Shown: positions 48,371 to 61,225 of the stretch, piece by piece
Numbering within the stretch: the first letter of the stretch is position 1
Layout of the letters: each line of letters begins with the position of its first letter
Assembly: GCF_001194135.2 (NCBI RefSeq)
Contig: NC_069000.1
Location: 21,034,078-21,097,950, forward strand
DNA: 63,873 nt
Source of the DNA: Octopus bimaculoides
Taxonomy: Eukaryota
Direction of reading: 5' to 3'
The notes under the pieces: model-generated
Told to the model about the DNA's origin: nothing
The model's input: only the letters and a program-made list of their open reading frames with translations
Databases searched by the model: none
Translations under genes and position numbers: made by a program

Positions 48371-50275
48371 GTAAGTGGTTGGTGAGATTTTTTACTTTAT
48401 GCAACTGAAATTGTCAGCTCTCTGATGAATTACAAAACTCCTGACCTAGTTGTATTAGGTCACTGTAACTCTTTGAGAATAGAAATTGATTCGTTAGTTG
48501 ATTCAAGTCTCGATAAGCAGACCAATATAAACAAGGGCGGGATCTTTTTCTATGGGTGTCAGTTTTTTTGTTTTTTTTAAATTTTATTCCGTTTTCAAAT
48601 TTGGTATACAAATGTAATTTTGTATACTAATTATGGAAATGAAATTCATTCAAATTAATAGCTTCTAAAATTTTCAAATTTTGGGTAATTTTAGCCGGGC
48701 GAAAGACAGAAACATATCGTTGCACCTTTCCATAGTAACAAGCCAAGCTGTCGTCTGCTTAACGAGTACTTTGGTGGCTGTCCTGTCACTACCTCGTTTC
48801 ATAATTTTGAGGTGTGTGTTTTCCTGGACCGTTATTCATGGGTCAAGGAATTAACTCCATTCTGGTTTTGTGTTGAAGGATGGGTGTGAGCCACTGCACA
48901 AATGTTCGAGAAATATGTGTTGGGGAATCTGCTTCGCATTGTTTGCTACATATGTAAATAACAAGACAATTATGATCGTCTGCTGGATGGAATAAACATG
49001 ATTGGTATTAGATGTTTTCTAAAATAATGTGGAAGTCCATCATGCCGTGAAGTGATAAACTCGATTGGCAAAGACTGTAAAAAAAATTTCAGTCGTTGAA
49101 GGTTCGCAATTTTTTTATAATTATAATCTCAAAACAATAGATAATTGCGATTTTGTAATTAGCATGAAAAAAAAAAACTACATATAGTGGAGAAATGTTC
49201 ACTAAATTCAGAAGAAATATGTCAAACTGGAAATATATACTTTCCCCAATATCTTGTGTTCAAATTCGCGGACAATTGACTTTTCACTTCTAGAAAAATA
49301 GGGGTGACCAGTAATGTAACCAAAATTATTTCTATTTTCAATTTTGTAAATTTAATCCAAAGTTCAAAATTTAATTATCACACACTGTGATAATTAAATG
49401 GATTTCTAGCCAGTGCACCCATTAATGGGAGTTGTTAAGGATAAGATAACAAAATATTTGCTAAATATCCAAAAGTTTTCCATCTTTTGAGGATGAGAAA
49501 AAAACACCTCTCATTGTATTTATTTACATCTGGTGAAACTGAGTTGATAGTTAAATGTCTGGAAAACTGATAGTTGGGGATGTACAAATTAATAATATTT
49601 TGGCTAGCAATTAATAACCACATAGCTAATCTGCCACCAAGTTTATTACCATCTCTGATACTGTTCCTTCATGGAATTAATTCAATTGCATATTTTGGAA
49701 ATTTTTAAAGGTATCTTTACTTTCTTCATTGATATACAAGTATGTTATGATAATAATTGGTAGGTGATCTGATGCAATTTGGAATTGCTTGTGAAGTGTT
49801 TGTGGTAGCTAGGTTTGTGTGAAGCAAAAGGTGATGACAAGGTCTGCTGTTGGCTTTGTAAGGAATCTGTTGGTGTAGACATAAATGAAGCTTAGCTATA
49901 TTATTACTTCATTTGTTATCTGTATTATTTGAAAACTTGTGTGTATGGAATCCATTGAAATCATGCCAACAATGGTCTGTAAGTGTTAACACGTGTCATC
50001 ACCATCATTCAACATCCACTTTTTCATACTTGAGTCAGATTTTCTACAGTCAAGGCCTTTCCTGTTGCTAACCTACGTTTCCAAAGAATATATTTCCTTA
50101 TGGTCAGACGTGTTTTTCAGAGAAGACTGGAAATCTACTATCTCACTTGTATAATAATCATGCTCATTTACAACCATCATGTGATGTCTACACATACATA
50201 TGATGTGCTTCTTTCAGTTTCCACCTATCAAATCCACTCAACATTTTGATGTAATATATTTTATCATTAATAATA

Positions 50276-51514
50276 TTAGGTCATCCCATAAATAATGCAG
50301 TTTTTTCAATTGCATGAACTAAAAGTTGGAGGAGGGGGATGGGATAAACTACCTGCATCATCAACTTGCTATAAAAACAGGGTAGTAATTTTACCATGTG
50401 CATATTCTTAGTGCAGTTCGATTTTTAAGTTTTTTTTTTTTTTCGAAGCCATAATGGAAGTGACAAAGGAGCATGTTTGGCATATTTCGCTTTGTGAGTT
50501 CAATAAAAGCAGCAACACAACAGAAAGTGCGAGGAGTATTAATGCAGCATATGGGGATTGGACAATAAGCGTAAGCTAGTGTTAATGGTGGTTCATGAAA
50601 TTCCAAGCTGGAAACTGCAGCCTAGAAGACGAGCCTCATCCTGAAAGATCTGCAGAGCTCGACAAGGACATCCTGCAAACGCTGGTGGAACAAAATCCCA
50701 TTGTAACTGTTGAGGAACCAGCAGAGAAGCTTGGATTTGCTCATTCAACTATTCATCAACACCTGTGTACCATCGGAATAGTCAGAAAATTGGGTCAGTG
50801 GGTTCCTCACAAACTTTCCAAGTCTAATCGTACGCAGAGTGAATGTGTGCTCTTTGCTGTCACATCACACGAATGAACTTTTTTTTTTTTGACCAAAGAA
50901 TGACTGGTGACAAGAAATGGGTTCTCCAGCAAAATGTCAAGTGCCAAAGACAGTGGATAGGAAAAGCAGAAACACCAGCACCCCAGGCTAAAGAAGGTCT
51001 TTACCGTGTAAGGTGTTGTTATATTTGGTGGGATATGAAAGGTTTGGTCCACTTCAGACTTTTAAGCCCAAACCAAATGATAACAAAGGAGATCTACTGT
51101 CAGCACTAGAAGGAAAACAACCATCTTTAGTTTCAAGACGAAAGGTGTTCTTCCATCAGGATAATGCTCAGCCACATACAGTAAGGATGACATTCCAAAG
51201 GCTGGAACAGTTTGAATGGGGAAACAATGCCCCACTCACCATATTTGCCAGACATTGCCCCATCATTTATTCTGCAGTCTTCAAAATCATTTTGTTGGAT
51301 AAAATATGAATTCTGAAGGTGAGGTCAGAACAGTACTGGAGGAGTATTTTTCATCATGGACATGTGAATTTTGGAAGAGGGACTTTCCAAGTCTACCAAA
51401 TAGAAGAGCATTGTATGAAATGAAAGAGAGTATATTTTAGATTAAAGAAGGAACTTTGTTTATCTTAATTTTGAAAAATAAAAGTATAAAAATCCACATT
51501 ATTTATGGGATGAC

Positions 51515-51518
<4 letters not shown>
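50276..51518 (+). mobile_element. Full-length degenerate mariner (DD34D-type) transposon
   Basis: TIRs TTAGGTCATCCCATAAATAATG / CATTATTTATGGGATGACCCAA flanked by TA, length about 1.24 kb. Broken transposase with SLEDEPH, WVPHKL, TGDKKW and HQDNAQPH motifs, interrupted by frameshifts and stops. Confidence 0.93.
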
Positions 51519-51551
<33 letters not shown>

Positions 51552-51562
51552 TTAATATAAAT

Positions 51563-52392
51563 GCAGGAGTAGCTTTATGGTAAGAAGTTTGATTCCCAGT
51601 CATGATTTCAGGTTGAGTCCTGCTTGGCAGCTTGGGCAAGTGTCTTCTATAGCCCAGGGCCAACCAAATGAATTTGGTAGATGGAAACTTAAAGAAGTCC
51701 NNNNNNNNNNNNNNNNNNNNNNNNNNNNNNNNNNNNNNNNNNNNNNNNNNNNNNNNNNNNNNNNNNNNNNNNNNNNNNNNNNNNNNNNNNNNNNNNNNNN
51801 NNNNNNNNNNNNNNNNNNNNNNNNNNNNNNNNNNNNNNNNNNNNNNNNNNNNNNNNNNNNNNNNNNNNNNNNNNNNNNNNNNNNNNNNNNNNNNNNNNNN
51901 NNNNNNNNNNNNNNNNNNNNNNNNNNNNNNNNNNNNNNNNNNNNNNNNNNNNNNNNNNNNNNNNNNNNNNNNNNNNNNNNNNNNNNNNNNNNNNNNNNNN
52001 NNNNNNNNNNNNNNNNNNNNNNNNNNNNNNNNNNNNNNNNNNNNNNNNNNNNNNNNNNNNNNNNNNNNNNNNNNNNNNNNNNNNNNNNNNNNNNNNNNNG
52101 TGGCACCTTGGGCAAGTGTCTTCTACTATAGCCTCAGGCTGACCAAAGCCGTGAGTGGATTTGGTAGGCAGAAACTGAAAGAAGCCCGTCGTATATGTGT
52201 GTCTGTGTTTGTCCCCCCAACATCGCTTGACAACCGATGCTGGTGTGTTTACGTCCCTGTAACTTAGCGGTTCAGCCAAAGAACCGATAGAATAAGTACT
52301 AGGCTTACAAAGAATAAGTCCTGGGGTCGATTTGCTCGACTAAAGGCAATGCTCCAGCATGGCCAGTCAAATGACTGACACAAGTAAAAGAG
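51563..52392 (+). mobile_element. Two adjacent SINE family B copies separated by a gap
   Basis: Old 5' half at 51563-51700. A second copy starts at the CORE-like box at 52100 and runs to the tail at 52392. Confidence 0.8.
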
Positions 52393-53349
52393 GTATAACA
52401 GTGTGTGAGAGAGAGAGATTGTATAAAGACAAAAAACAAAACATATAAATAAATTACTCTACATGGGTGGGGTAGAGATTTTAATAAAATATATTCCATT
52501 CTATAAATCACATGACACCAGATGAACACCTGGGGGAGAAAGGGTAAAGATTGGGGGTGGACAGAAAGAAAATATTTACATAGATACAATTGTAATATAA
52601 AAACACAAAATCCTTTCTAGGACATGTAACTACACTTTAACAAAAAAAAAGGCCAAAGCTGTCTAATATTTAACTGTAGTTGACCATGGAAAGAAAGGAA
52701 CAACAGCTTGACTCAGTCACTCACACACTTGACCTTCTCGAAACTGATTTGATTGGTTGGTTTCATTACATTTCATTCTTTTATAACATAAAAACAAAAA
52801 CTTTCTTGGACTCAGTTATGAGTTTGTACTGACTGTTTGTTAAATACATTTTAATTAAAAATATTTTAAATAATTCAGTCATTTTACAATTTTTAAAATA
52901 TAAAATAAATCATATCAGGAACCAGAAGTATATATATATATATATATTTTTTTTTGTCTGCTTTTCATTTTAAACCAATGCTCAGAAAGGTAGTTTTTAT
53001 TGTATATGTATTCATTGTTAGTTAAAAAAATATAAGAATTATCATCATTCTAATGGTTTCTAATATGAACATTCTGTCTCATATTTATAAATGGGGTAAG
53101 TCATTACATCATACAATCCTCAATAGTGTTAGTGATATCAGTGAAGTCAACTCACATGAAAAGAAAAAATTAAAATATTAAAAAAAAAAACTTAACACAA
53201 TAGCATGCAATTACAATTCCTTAATTAGGCTTGAAATATCAATATTAGCAGAGAATAAGAAAAGGGAAATTTGGTATTTGCTCTTTCATCAAGCATTCTA
53301 CGCAATTAAGTCAATCTAAGAAGTTCAGTTTGAAATTTTAGATCGTTTT

Positions 53350-53413
53350 CAACTACCAATATATTAGTAACAAGGATATTAAATATCTTTGTTACTTAAT
53401 ATATTGGTAGTTG
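53350..53413. repeat. 64-bp near-perfect hairpin
   Basis: CAACTACCAATATATTAGTAACAAGGATATT-A-AATATCTTTGTTACTTAATATATTGGTAGTTG. Confidence 0.88.
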
Positions 53414-54019
53414 AGAAAATTGGCTCGAGACCACAAATTTGATTTTAAAGGATCTGATATTTATTTCATTAAAGTTGACCTCAATAAGATTTGAACTGAC
53501 ATTTTTTTCTATAAGTCAATGTGAGATTATCAAAGTTAGGAAAATTGGAAATGGAGTGCTGTGATATTCATGCTTTCTTAAGAGTATTATCAGTCTAAAT
53601 GCATTAAATTTCTTTAACTGGGAGTGAACATGTCACTGACTCAAATCACTTTTACAAAGCTTCATTTTAATTCCTTTTATTTTTAAATAACTATTTCTTT
53701 CATAAACATGCTAGGGATTTTTAATAGAAAGAACAGCAAATTGTGATAATGACAAGTTGATTGCAGAATTTATCTCATCTTGTGAGTTCTGTTCAATCTT
53801 TATATCTATTGATAGAAGGATTGAGTTCACTTTTATAGAGGAAATATTTAATCACTTGAAATGCGAACCCTTCACTTCAGCATATTACTGGTACTTATTT
53901 TGTTGATTACCACAATGGTAAAAAAAAATAGGCTCAAATGGAATTTTAACTTTGTAAGCTCATTGACCAAAACTAAATTCAGTAACACATGTTCTCAAAC
54001 CTCTCTACAATTTTTTCAT

Positions 54020-54230
54020 TTCTAACACAGGCACAAGGATAGAGATTTTGTAGAGGATAGGAGGAGGTAGAGTAGATTAAATCTATTTCCAATACTAGTA
54101 CTTATTTTATCAAATGAAAAAAAAAAAGCCAGCTTTACTGAGATTTCACCTAAGAATGTAAAGAGATGCAACTTAATACTGTTAAGCATTTTGCCCAATG
54201 CTCTTCTGAATCTGCCAATCTGCCACAATT
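54020..54230 (-). mobile_element. Diverged SINE family A
   Basis: GGCACAAGG...TAGTACTTATTTTATC...AAGCATTTTGCCCAATGCT...TCTGCCAA. Confidence 0.55.
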
Positions 54231-57200
54231 TAACATTCAGTTTGCCTAAAATTGGTTCATAATACTAAAGTTATAGTGACAGTAATGGTGGAAACAGTAG
54301 GGAAGATTAAACAATCTTTTTGTTTTGTTGTGTTTGTTGACAGGATTTCTTCCTCTAAACATTATTTACAATTCTTAATCAACTTTCATTCTTCAGGCAN
54401 NNNNNNNNNTGCTTTTCTAATGACTTTCTTTTCCTGTCAATTTTTAAATTTCAAAAATAGTCATATAGTCATTAAAAAAAAAAAACTAATAAAAAAAGAC
54501 AGGATTAAGACAGTAAACAGAATTAAAAAGATTAATACAAGAATTAAATAATGCAAACAAGGTGGCTTGAAATTGCTGAAAACTTTTAAGGAAGACAATA
54601 TGAAATTAATAAAACAAAAAAAAAAAGACTAATTTCTGATCACTATGACAACAAATAATATCAAACATCAAGATTGGTATCGGAAAGAGTAGATTCTCTT
54701 TGGCTTTTTGTAAGTAAAATTCTGTAGATTTTCCCTAGAGCTTGTGCAATGCTTGACTTCAGTGACAAAAATTAAAAGTGGAGAAGAGAGAAAAATAGAA
54801 AATGCCTCCATCATTTAGGAAGTTAATTGTTCCAATGTAGCCAAACATCTTCACACTGGAGTTAGTTTTATGAGAACACCTCCAATTGTTTTTTACATAA
54901 AAAAAAAATCATTCAATAATGTTAAGTGTAAATACTTAATCTATATTGCAAACACTTGACTTCATAGTGTTATACAACCTACCACCTCTCAAGAGATTAA
55001 CTTCATTTGGGTGCCACCAAAACAGAGTACAAATGCTACGTCAGAAAATATTCTGATAATGTAGGAATTAGTAGAGAACTGCTAATGGCATTCCTTCCAG
55101 GAAATGAAATCCACTGTTATTTCTTACATTTGCAAAGTAGTTCAGTGCTATTAGAATTATACACGGATCAACATGAAGAAACTCCTTCCAAGAAGTCTCT
55201 CAATATCAAACCAAGAATAATTTCTGATCTGGATTACAGATACAGGATTTCTCATTATTCTGACTGACTGACTGAATGGTAACATAATTAGGTTCACCAG
55301 AACATATCAGTAATGGTAGAAGATTGGAACGACTATGTGAAAATATGCAAGAATGTTAACTCCTGCAAACACACACACACACAGAGCCAAATTAACAACT
55401 TCCCTAACTTTTTACTCTCCTAAACAGAATTCTTAACATAATGAAGACTGGAATTTTTCTTTCAAAAAAAAAAAAAGAAAAAGAAAAAAACAGGCTTAAA
55501 TTCCAAGCTACTCTGTGAGTATACTACTGTCTATTATCAGTTTGGTTACACTTTTTGTAAATATATTATTTGAAATAAAGTTTAGCTCCCTCCCCTTCAA
55601 TTGAAGTTACTTCATCTATTTCACTAATTAGATAAACTAATATGGTAGCAAATAAGCCATATAAGACAAAATTATTTTGAGATTATCCTTTGAGTTATCC
55701 TACAGTTATCACCAATAAGTAAAGTGGTAAGAATGACCATATCACTTGCAACTACAAAATCAAACATAACAATTCTGAATTGAATAATGAATGCATGTAC
55801 ATTCTCTTCTCTTTTCTCTATGACTGACTCCAAATATAAACTTTTAAACCAGGTAAAATGGTTTTAAATGACATCATTCATTGACCAAACTGGGATCTTA
55901 TGGCTTTCTAAAAATACTATTTCACGTACATACAACCAATGAACAAAAACACTCTAGGTACTGTGTGTGAGCAGATCTAAGCTACTTTAGAGTTAAATTA
56001 GACTTCTCTTAACACTACCATAAAAGTTAGACTGAATATATAGCAGAGACGTTTCATCAACACTAAATATCTAACAACTATACAATCAAAAGTACATGGG
56101 ACAGTTTACAACTAGACTGCATTGTATACTTGGTACATATTGGTAACAGCAGCTAGATCGGTGGCACAACAGCCACATAAACTAAACAACCATTATGTAC
56201 ATAATTACAAGATTTAAAAAAAAAAGCAGACTTTGTTCTGCTGTCCCATTGGACAGAAACTAAAGAACTAAAATACTTGGGTCTTCTTAGATATGGAGTT
56301 CATATGATAATTAGCAAGACTAAATCTCACTCACACCTTTTGATAGACTTCACAAGCCATTTTGTATCTACACTTTCTTTTCATTATACCAACTGTGTCA
56401 AGATAGTAGAAATCACATTAAGCTCAACTAAAAGACTTTTGACTCTGTTGCTGCACAAGTTTGATTTCAAAGAGAACCACAGAGGATCACGTGCAGGACA
56501 TATTGCTGTGAAAGCAGAGGGAAGGAGATGCCTGTGTGAAGTAGACCCTTGGCAAAAGCACATTATGTTATCAGGTTATCTAGCTAAATATTGGATATCT
56601 CTCCCTCTATATAGTTGAATGATTAAAGAAGGATATCCAGCTGCTAAAAATATTAAAAAAGTGCTTGCTTCAACAATTCATGCAGAATGAATTTCTAGAA
56701 CCAGCTCATTCATGTCAGAATTTAAATTTGAAAAAGACATTTTTGTTAGATCGAACCAAAAAATTTGTTTTCAGTAACCATAAAGGAAACATGGAAGACA
56801 TAGCTAAAACAGCCATTCAAGCTAAAAGATTTCCATTAAATATGTTAAATGATATCTGGCAACCAAACAAGTTTAGCAATCAGATACCATCACAGTCGAC
56901 TGTATGTTTAAAAACCAAGAGCCAATAAGACAGAGATCTGTTCTTGAAAGTCATTAAATGTTTAATTGGTTACTCCAGTGATAGAGACTATTCTATCAGA
57001 GCTGACTACAACAAACAACAGCAATAAACAGCCACTGATTCTTTTAAAAATCAGTTTTTTTTTCTTTTTCCACAAACAATATGCTTGTTGGTTCTTCTGA
57101 TATATCAATGGACACAAACCCAAATGAGATAATTCACCAGGTTGTTTATATAAAACTGTAATAACAATAACAATGTAGATGACAACCAGAAATGAGGAAT

Positions 57201-58074
57201 GTATAGTTGTATGAGTGTGAATGTATATAAATCTATACATGTATGTGACAACCATTTATTTTCTCCTTATCAAGTGTTTGCTGTAATATTAAGCAGAACA
57301 GTTAAATTGCATTTGATAATTCTTAATAACTGATAATTTTTTATCTTTAGCTTGATTTTTATACACCACAACCTACACCATTTACAGATGCAGTATTCAA
57401 GAGTTCAAAGGCCAAATATATACCTTGTTTATGTCAGACGGCTGTCTTAGTTTTGAACCCAACAGAAAGCACTGCATATACAAACCAGGTGCTTGGAGGA
57501 GAATGCAAATAACAGTTGTACTTCATTGATTAAAATATCAAACCTTTCATTGTATGTTCCCCATAAAGTCTTTAAAATGAAATAATAATAATAATGACAA
57601 TAATAATGTTTCTAACAGAGGAGGCACAAGGCCAAAAATTTGGGGGGGAGGGAGATTTGTTGATTAAATCAATATTAGTACTTGAATGAAAGAGTAAATA
57701 GCACGAGGATGAACCAGAAAATAAAGCAAATAAAAGTTGCATTATTTTCTGTCTCACCTTCATAATAATGGTTTCTTATATCAGATCACTAGTAGATCAC
57801 AAGTGCATATTTTATTGGTTCAGAACATAAACTTACCTAAATACCACAAAACACGTCCATCCAGTGCTCCACCACTTAAGTCATTCTGTTCATCTTAATA
57901 ACGGTTTTTCACAATGTCACAGGATCATACAATTCTAAGGAAGAGTACACATGATTGATTCAAAAATCCTATAGACTAATAGGGCTTCATTTTATCCAAC
58001 CCTATTATGTATTTTGTCAGGAGGTCAACCAAATACTGCTTCTCCATCAACTTAATAATAATGCTTTGATTTAG

Positions 58075-58260
58075 ATGCAAGGCCAGCGGCTTTGGAGGGA
58101 GGAGGTATAGTTGATACTTCAGTACTTCACTGGTACATTCTTTTATTAACTCTGGAAGGATGAAAAGGCACAGCTGACCTTGGTAGAATTTCAACTCAGA
58201 ATGTAAAAAAAGCTGGAAGAAATAATCACAGAGCATTTGGTCTGACAATAACAATTGTGT
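58075..58260 (-). mobile_element. Diverged SINE family A
   Basis: GCAAGGCCAGC...CTGGTAC...GGATGAAAAGGCAC...GAATTTCAACTCAGAATGTAAA. Confidence 0.6.
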
Positions 58261-59017
58261 CAATCTATCATTCTTATCATAATAATTTATCTTTAATAAC
58301 AAATAATAACTGTAAAACTTTTCAAACTTCTAAATTTTCCCTCACAGAACTACTAGCCCAAGTCAACCTATCAGTGACCACTCTTCCTTGCTTGTATGTA
58401 ACCTTTATCTATGTCTTTTGAATATTTACTAATCAGCAATCAATATATATATTATATATATATATATATACACATACACACAAACACACATGTAAATTCC
58501 AGGATGAGTAGAAAGGTTTAACTGGTGGGAGGGAATAATTCTCCACAAATAAATGAAGTAATGCAGAGAGAAATGGTGAAGTCTATGGAAGATGATGATG
58601 ATGATGAGACAGAAAGAGGAGGAAGAAGACATTTCAGAAAGACAAAAAAAAGTATAAGAAAGGAAAGAAATGGAAATAAATTTTCAAATCAATTAATCAC
58701 TGAATTCATAAAATAATAATTTCCAAAGAAGTTTTGATAATGATAGAGATATATTTACAATAAAATCACTTGATTCTGATGCATCCTGTCCCTTCCTTTT
58801 TGTCTTTACCTTTACAAAAAGACATCATGCCAAAACATAGCAAAGAAATTTAGTAAATATGAAAAGTGGGTGGGGCATAATCAAAATTGCTAATTCAATA
58901 TCACAGACAATTATCTTTCTGGTTGTTGAGTGTAAGACAAACAACAGAAACAACTTTCAAAGAAAATCTTCATCCCTTCTATAATAATAATAATAATAAT
59001 AATGATGATGATGATGA

Positions 59018-59221
59018 TTTTAAATTTTGGCACAAGGCCAACAATTTCAGGGTGGGAGATAAAGCGATTACATCAACCCCAGTGTTCAACTGGTACTTAT
59101 TTTATCAACCCTGAAAGAATGAAAGGTAAAGTCGACTTTGGCAGAATTTGAACTCAGAACATAAAGACAGACGAAATACCATTATGCATTTCACTTGGTG
59201 TGCTAACACTTTTGCCAGCTC
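59018..59221 (-). mobile_element. SINE family A, CpG-decayed copy
   Basis: Full-length family-A match with many CG>TG/CA changes. Confidence 0.85.
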
Positions 59222-59259
<38 letters not shown>

Positions 59260-60794
59260 TGATGATGATGATAGTGATAATTTCTCACATTGGTACACAA
59301 CTAAAACTTAGTTGATTGAAGAAGTACTAAACCAATACATGTTTAGTACTTCTTTTCTTGATCCTTAAAGGGATGGCAGATAGAGTCAAAGCCTTTGGGA
59401 TTTGAAATCAGAAGGTAGAAGACAAAATCTAAATACTGTAGCATAGTTAGCCATGTAGTCTAGCGAATACTGTTTCCTCCACATGCAAAACACATTAGTA
59501 GTATAATGAAAAAAGAAGAAAAAAGGAGGGTTTTGGGAGACAAAATGGCAAAAGATGAATTTTCTAGAGAAGGTAAGGGTTTGGTAGTTGATGAAATTAA
59601 TTCCAGAATATTACCATTCTACTAAAGTCATCCAATCCAGAATACCAACAGAAGTAACCAAATGAATAAATTATTCAGTTACCCACAGTTTATTAAATAG
59701 GGGCACTACAACTACAGCCAGCACTATAAATGAAAAATACTAAATTTAAATGTTGAAGTGAATCTAACGGATTTTGTGTGTTATTTTAAATGGCTTATAA
59801 ACACCTTCCACGCTGCAACTAAAAGATATATTCTAATATAAATAAAAGTTCAGATTACACACAAGTAGAGCAATATCTGTTATGCTATCTTAAATATATC
59901 TCTATAGTTCAGGCTCTGGCAGTGGGTGGAAACAGAGGAACAGCAAGTGTGTGTGTGTGTGTGTGTGGATGTGCTTCGATGTTTTCTAGTCAGGCATTCA
60001 TTTAGCTAAGAGGACAAAGAGTAAAAACCCCAACAATTCAATAGCAGGCACATTGCCTATGCCATTAATTACAATTCCCTAACACTTCAAGTGATGGCAT
60101 AGTAAGATATATATATGTACATGTGTGAATGTGTACAGTTACTTAAAGGTATAAGGTATGAATGTATATATATGTGTGTGTGTCTGCATGTACATATATA
60201 TATATATATANNNNNNNNNNNNNNNNNNNNNNNNNNNNNNNNNNNNNNNNNNNNNNNNNNNNNNNNNNNNNNNNNNNNNNNNNNNNNNNNNNNNNNNNNN
60301 NNNNNNNNNNNNNNNNNNNNNNNNNNNNNNNNNNNNNNNNNNNNNNNNNNNNNNNNNNNNNNNNNNNNNNNNNNNNNNNNNNNNNNNNNNNNNNNNNNNN
60401 NNNNNNNTATTTATTTATAGTTGTAAAAGTTTGATTGTTATCTGCCTTGAGTACTAGATCTCAAAATCTGACTCTTGAATACTCTGATTTTTCACAGAGA
60501 CAAAATGGAAAAAAATAAATAGTAAAAATAGGTGGGGAACAGCAAAAAATAAGGTCAGTTACAAATAATAGTGGTGTTAATCAAAATGATTATGATGGTG
60601 ATGATGATAATAATAAATAATAACAATAACAACAATTTTTTTCCTCTAGGTACAGAACCAAATTTGTAAGGAAGGTATCATAGCTGTTTTCATTGGCCTC
60701 AGTTTGCTAATGGCAGTTGTTCTATCAAACTCACTGCCAGACGAATGAAAGGCAAAGCCAGTGACCAAAAACTGAGATGCTGTGAGACATGGAA

Positions 60795-60965
60795 GAAGCT
60801 GCTGCAGTCTGCAATAAGTCCACCTGGGAGACATAATGCATTGAACAAGATGATTTGGTATGCACCAAGTCCACGTGAGCAATGTGAGACGTTGAACTAG
60901 ATGCCGTGGTCTGCACCAAGACCATCTGTGAGGTATTGAATTAGATGCTGTGGTCTGCACCAAGT
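60795..60965. repeat. Degenerate tandem repeat (about 45-50 bp period) just 3' of the TMEM170A stop
   Basis: TTGAA.TAGATG..GTGGTCTGCACCAAG-like unit at 60841, 60892 and 60936. Confidence 0.8.
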
Positions 60966-61094
60966 TTGCTACTCTGATAGTAGTCATAACAATAATGATG
61001 TTAAATAATGATGACGATGAGGGGGTGAAAAACAGCACCCGTTCATTAAAGTGTTCCCAGAAACTATATATTGGAGAGGTGATGGCCACATGTA

Positions 61095-61225
61095 TCATAA
61101 GGTGCTGAGGAATCGTGTCAATGAAATCAGGATCACACCAACAGTCTGCAGAACACCAAAGAAGAGAGCATAAAGGGGACGCATTTCAAAATTCGCTGCA
61201 CGATACACACCTGCAATTGCAGCAC
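61095..61225 (-). CDS. TMEM170A: Terminal coding exon of transmembrane protein 170A
   Basis: Minus-strand acceptor ...ttctctatgtttgtacatttcag| followed by (S)AAIAGVYRAANFEMRPLYALFFGVLQTVGVILISLTRFLSTL* (131 nt = 2 + 43 codons, phase 1). This closely matches the TMEM170A C-terminus as I recall it (SAAIAGVYRAAGKEM...GQTF...SFLRILATL*). Upstream exons were not found in the window. Confidence 0.92.

Noticed and set aside
57837-57934. In-frame TGA codons read as selenocysteine
   Set aside because: Three TGAs in a non-homologous peptide, with no recognisable selenoprotein motif or SECIS.
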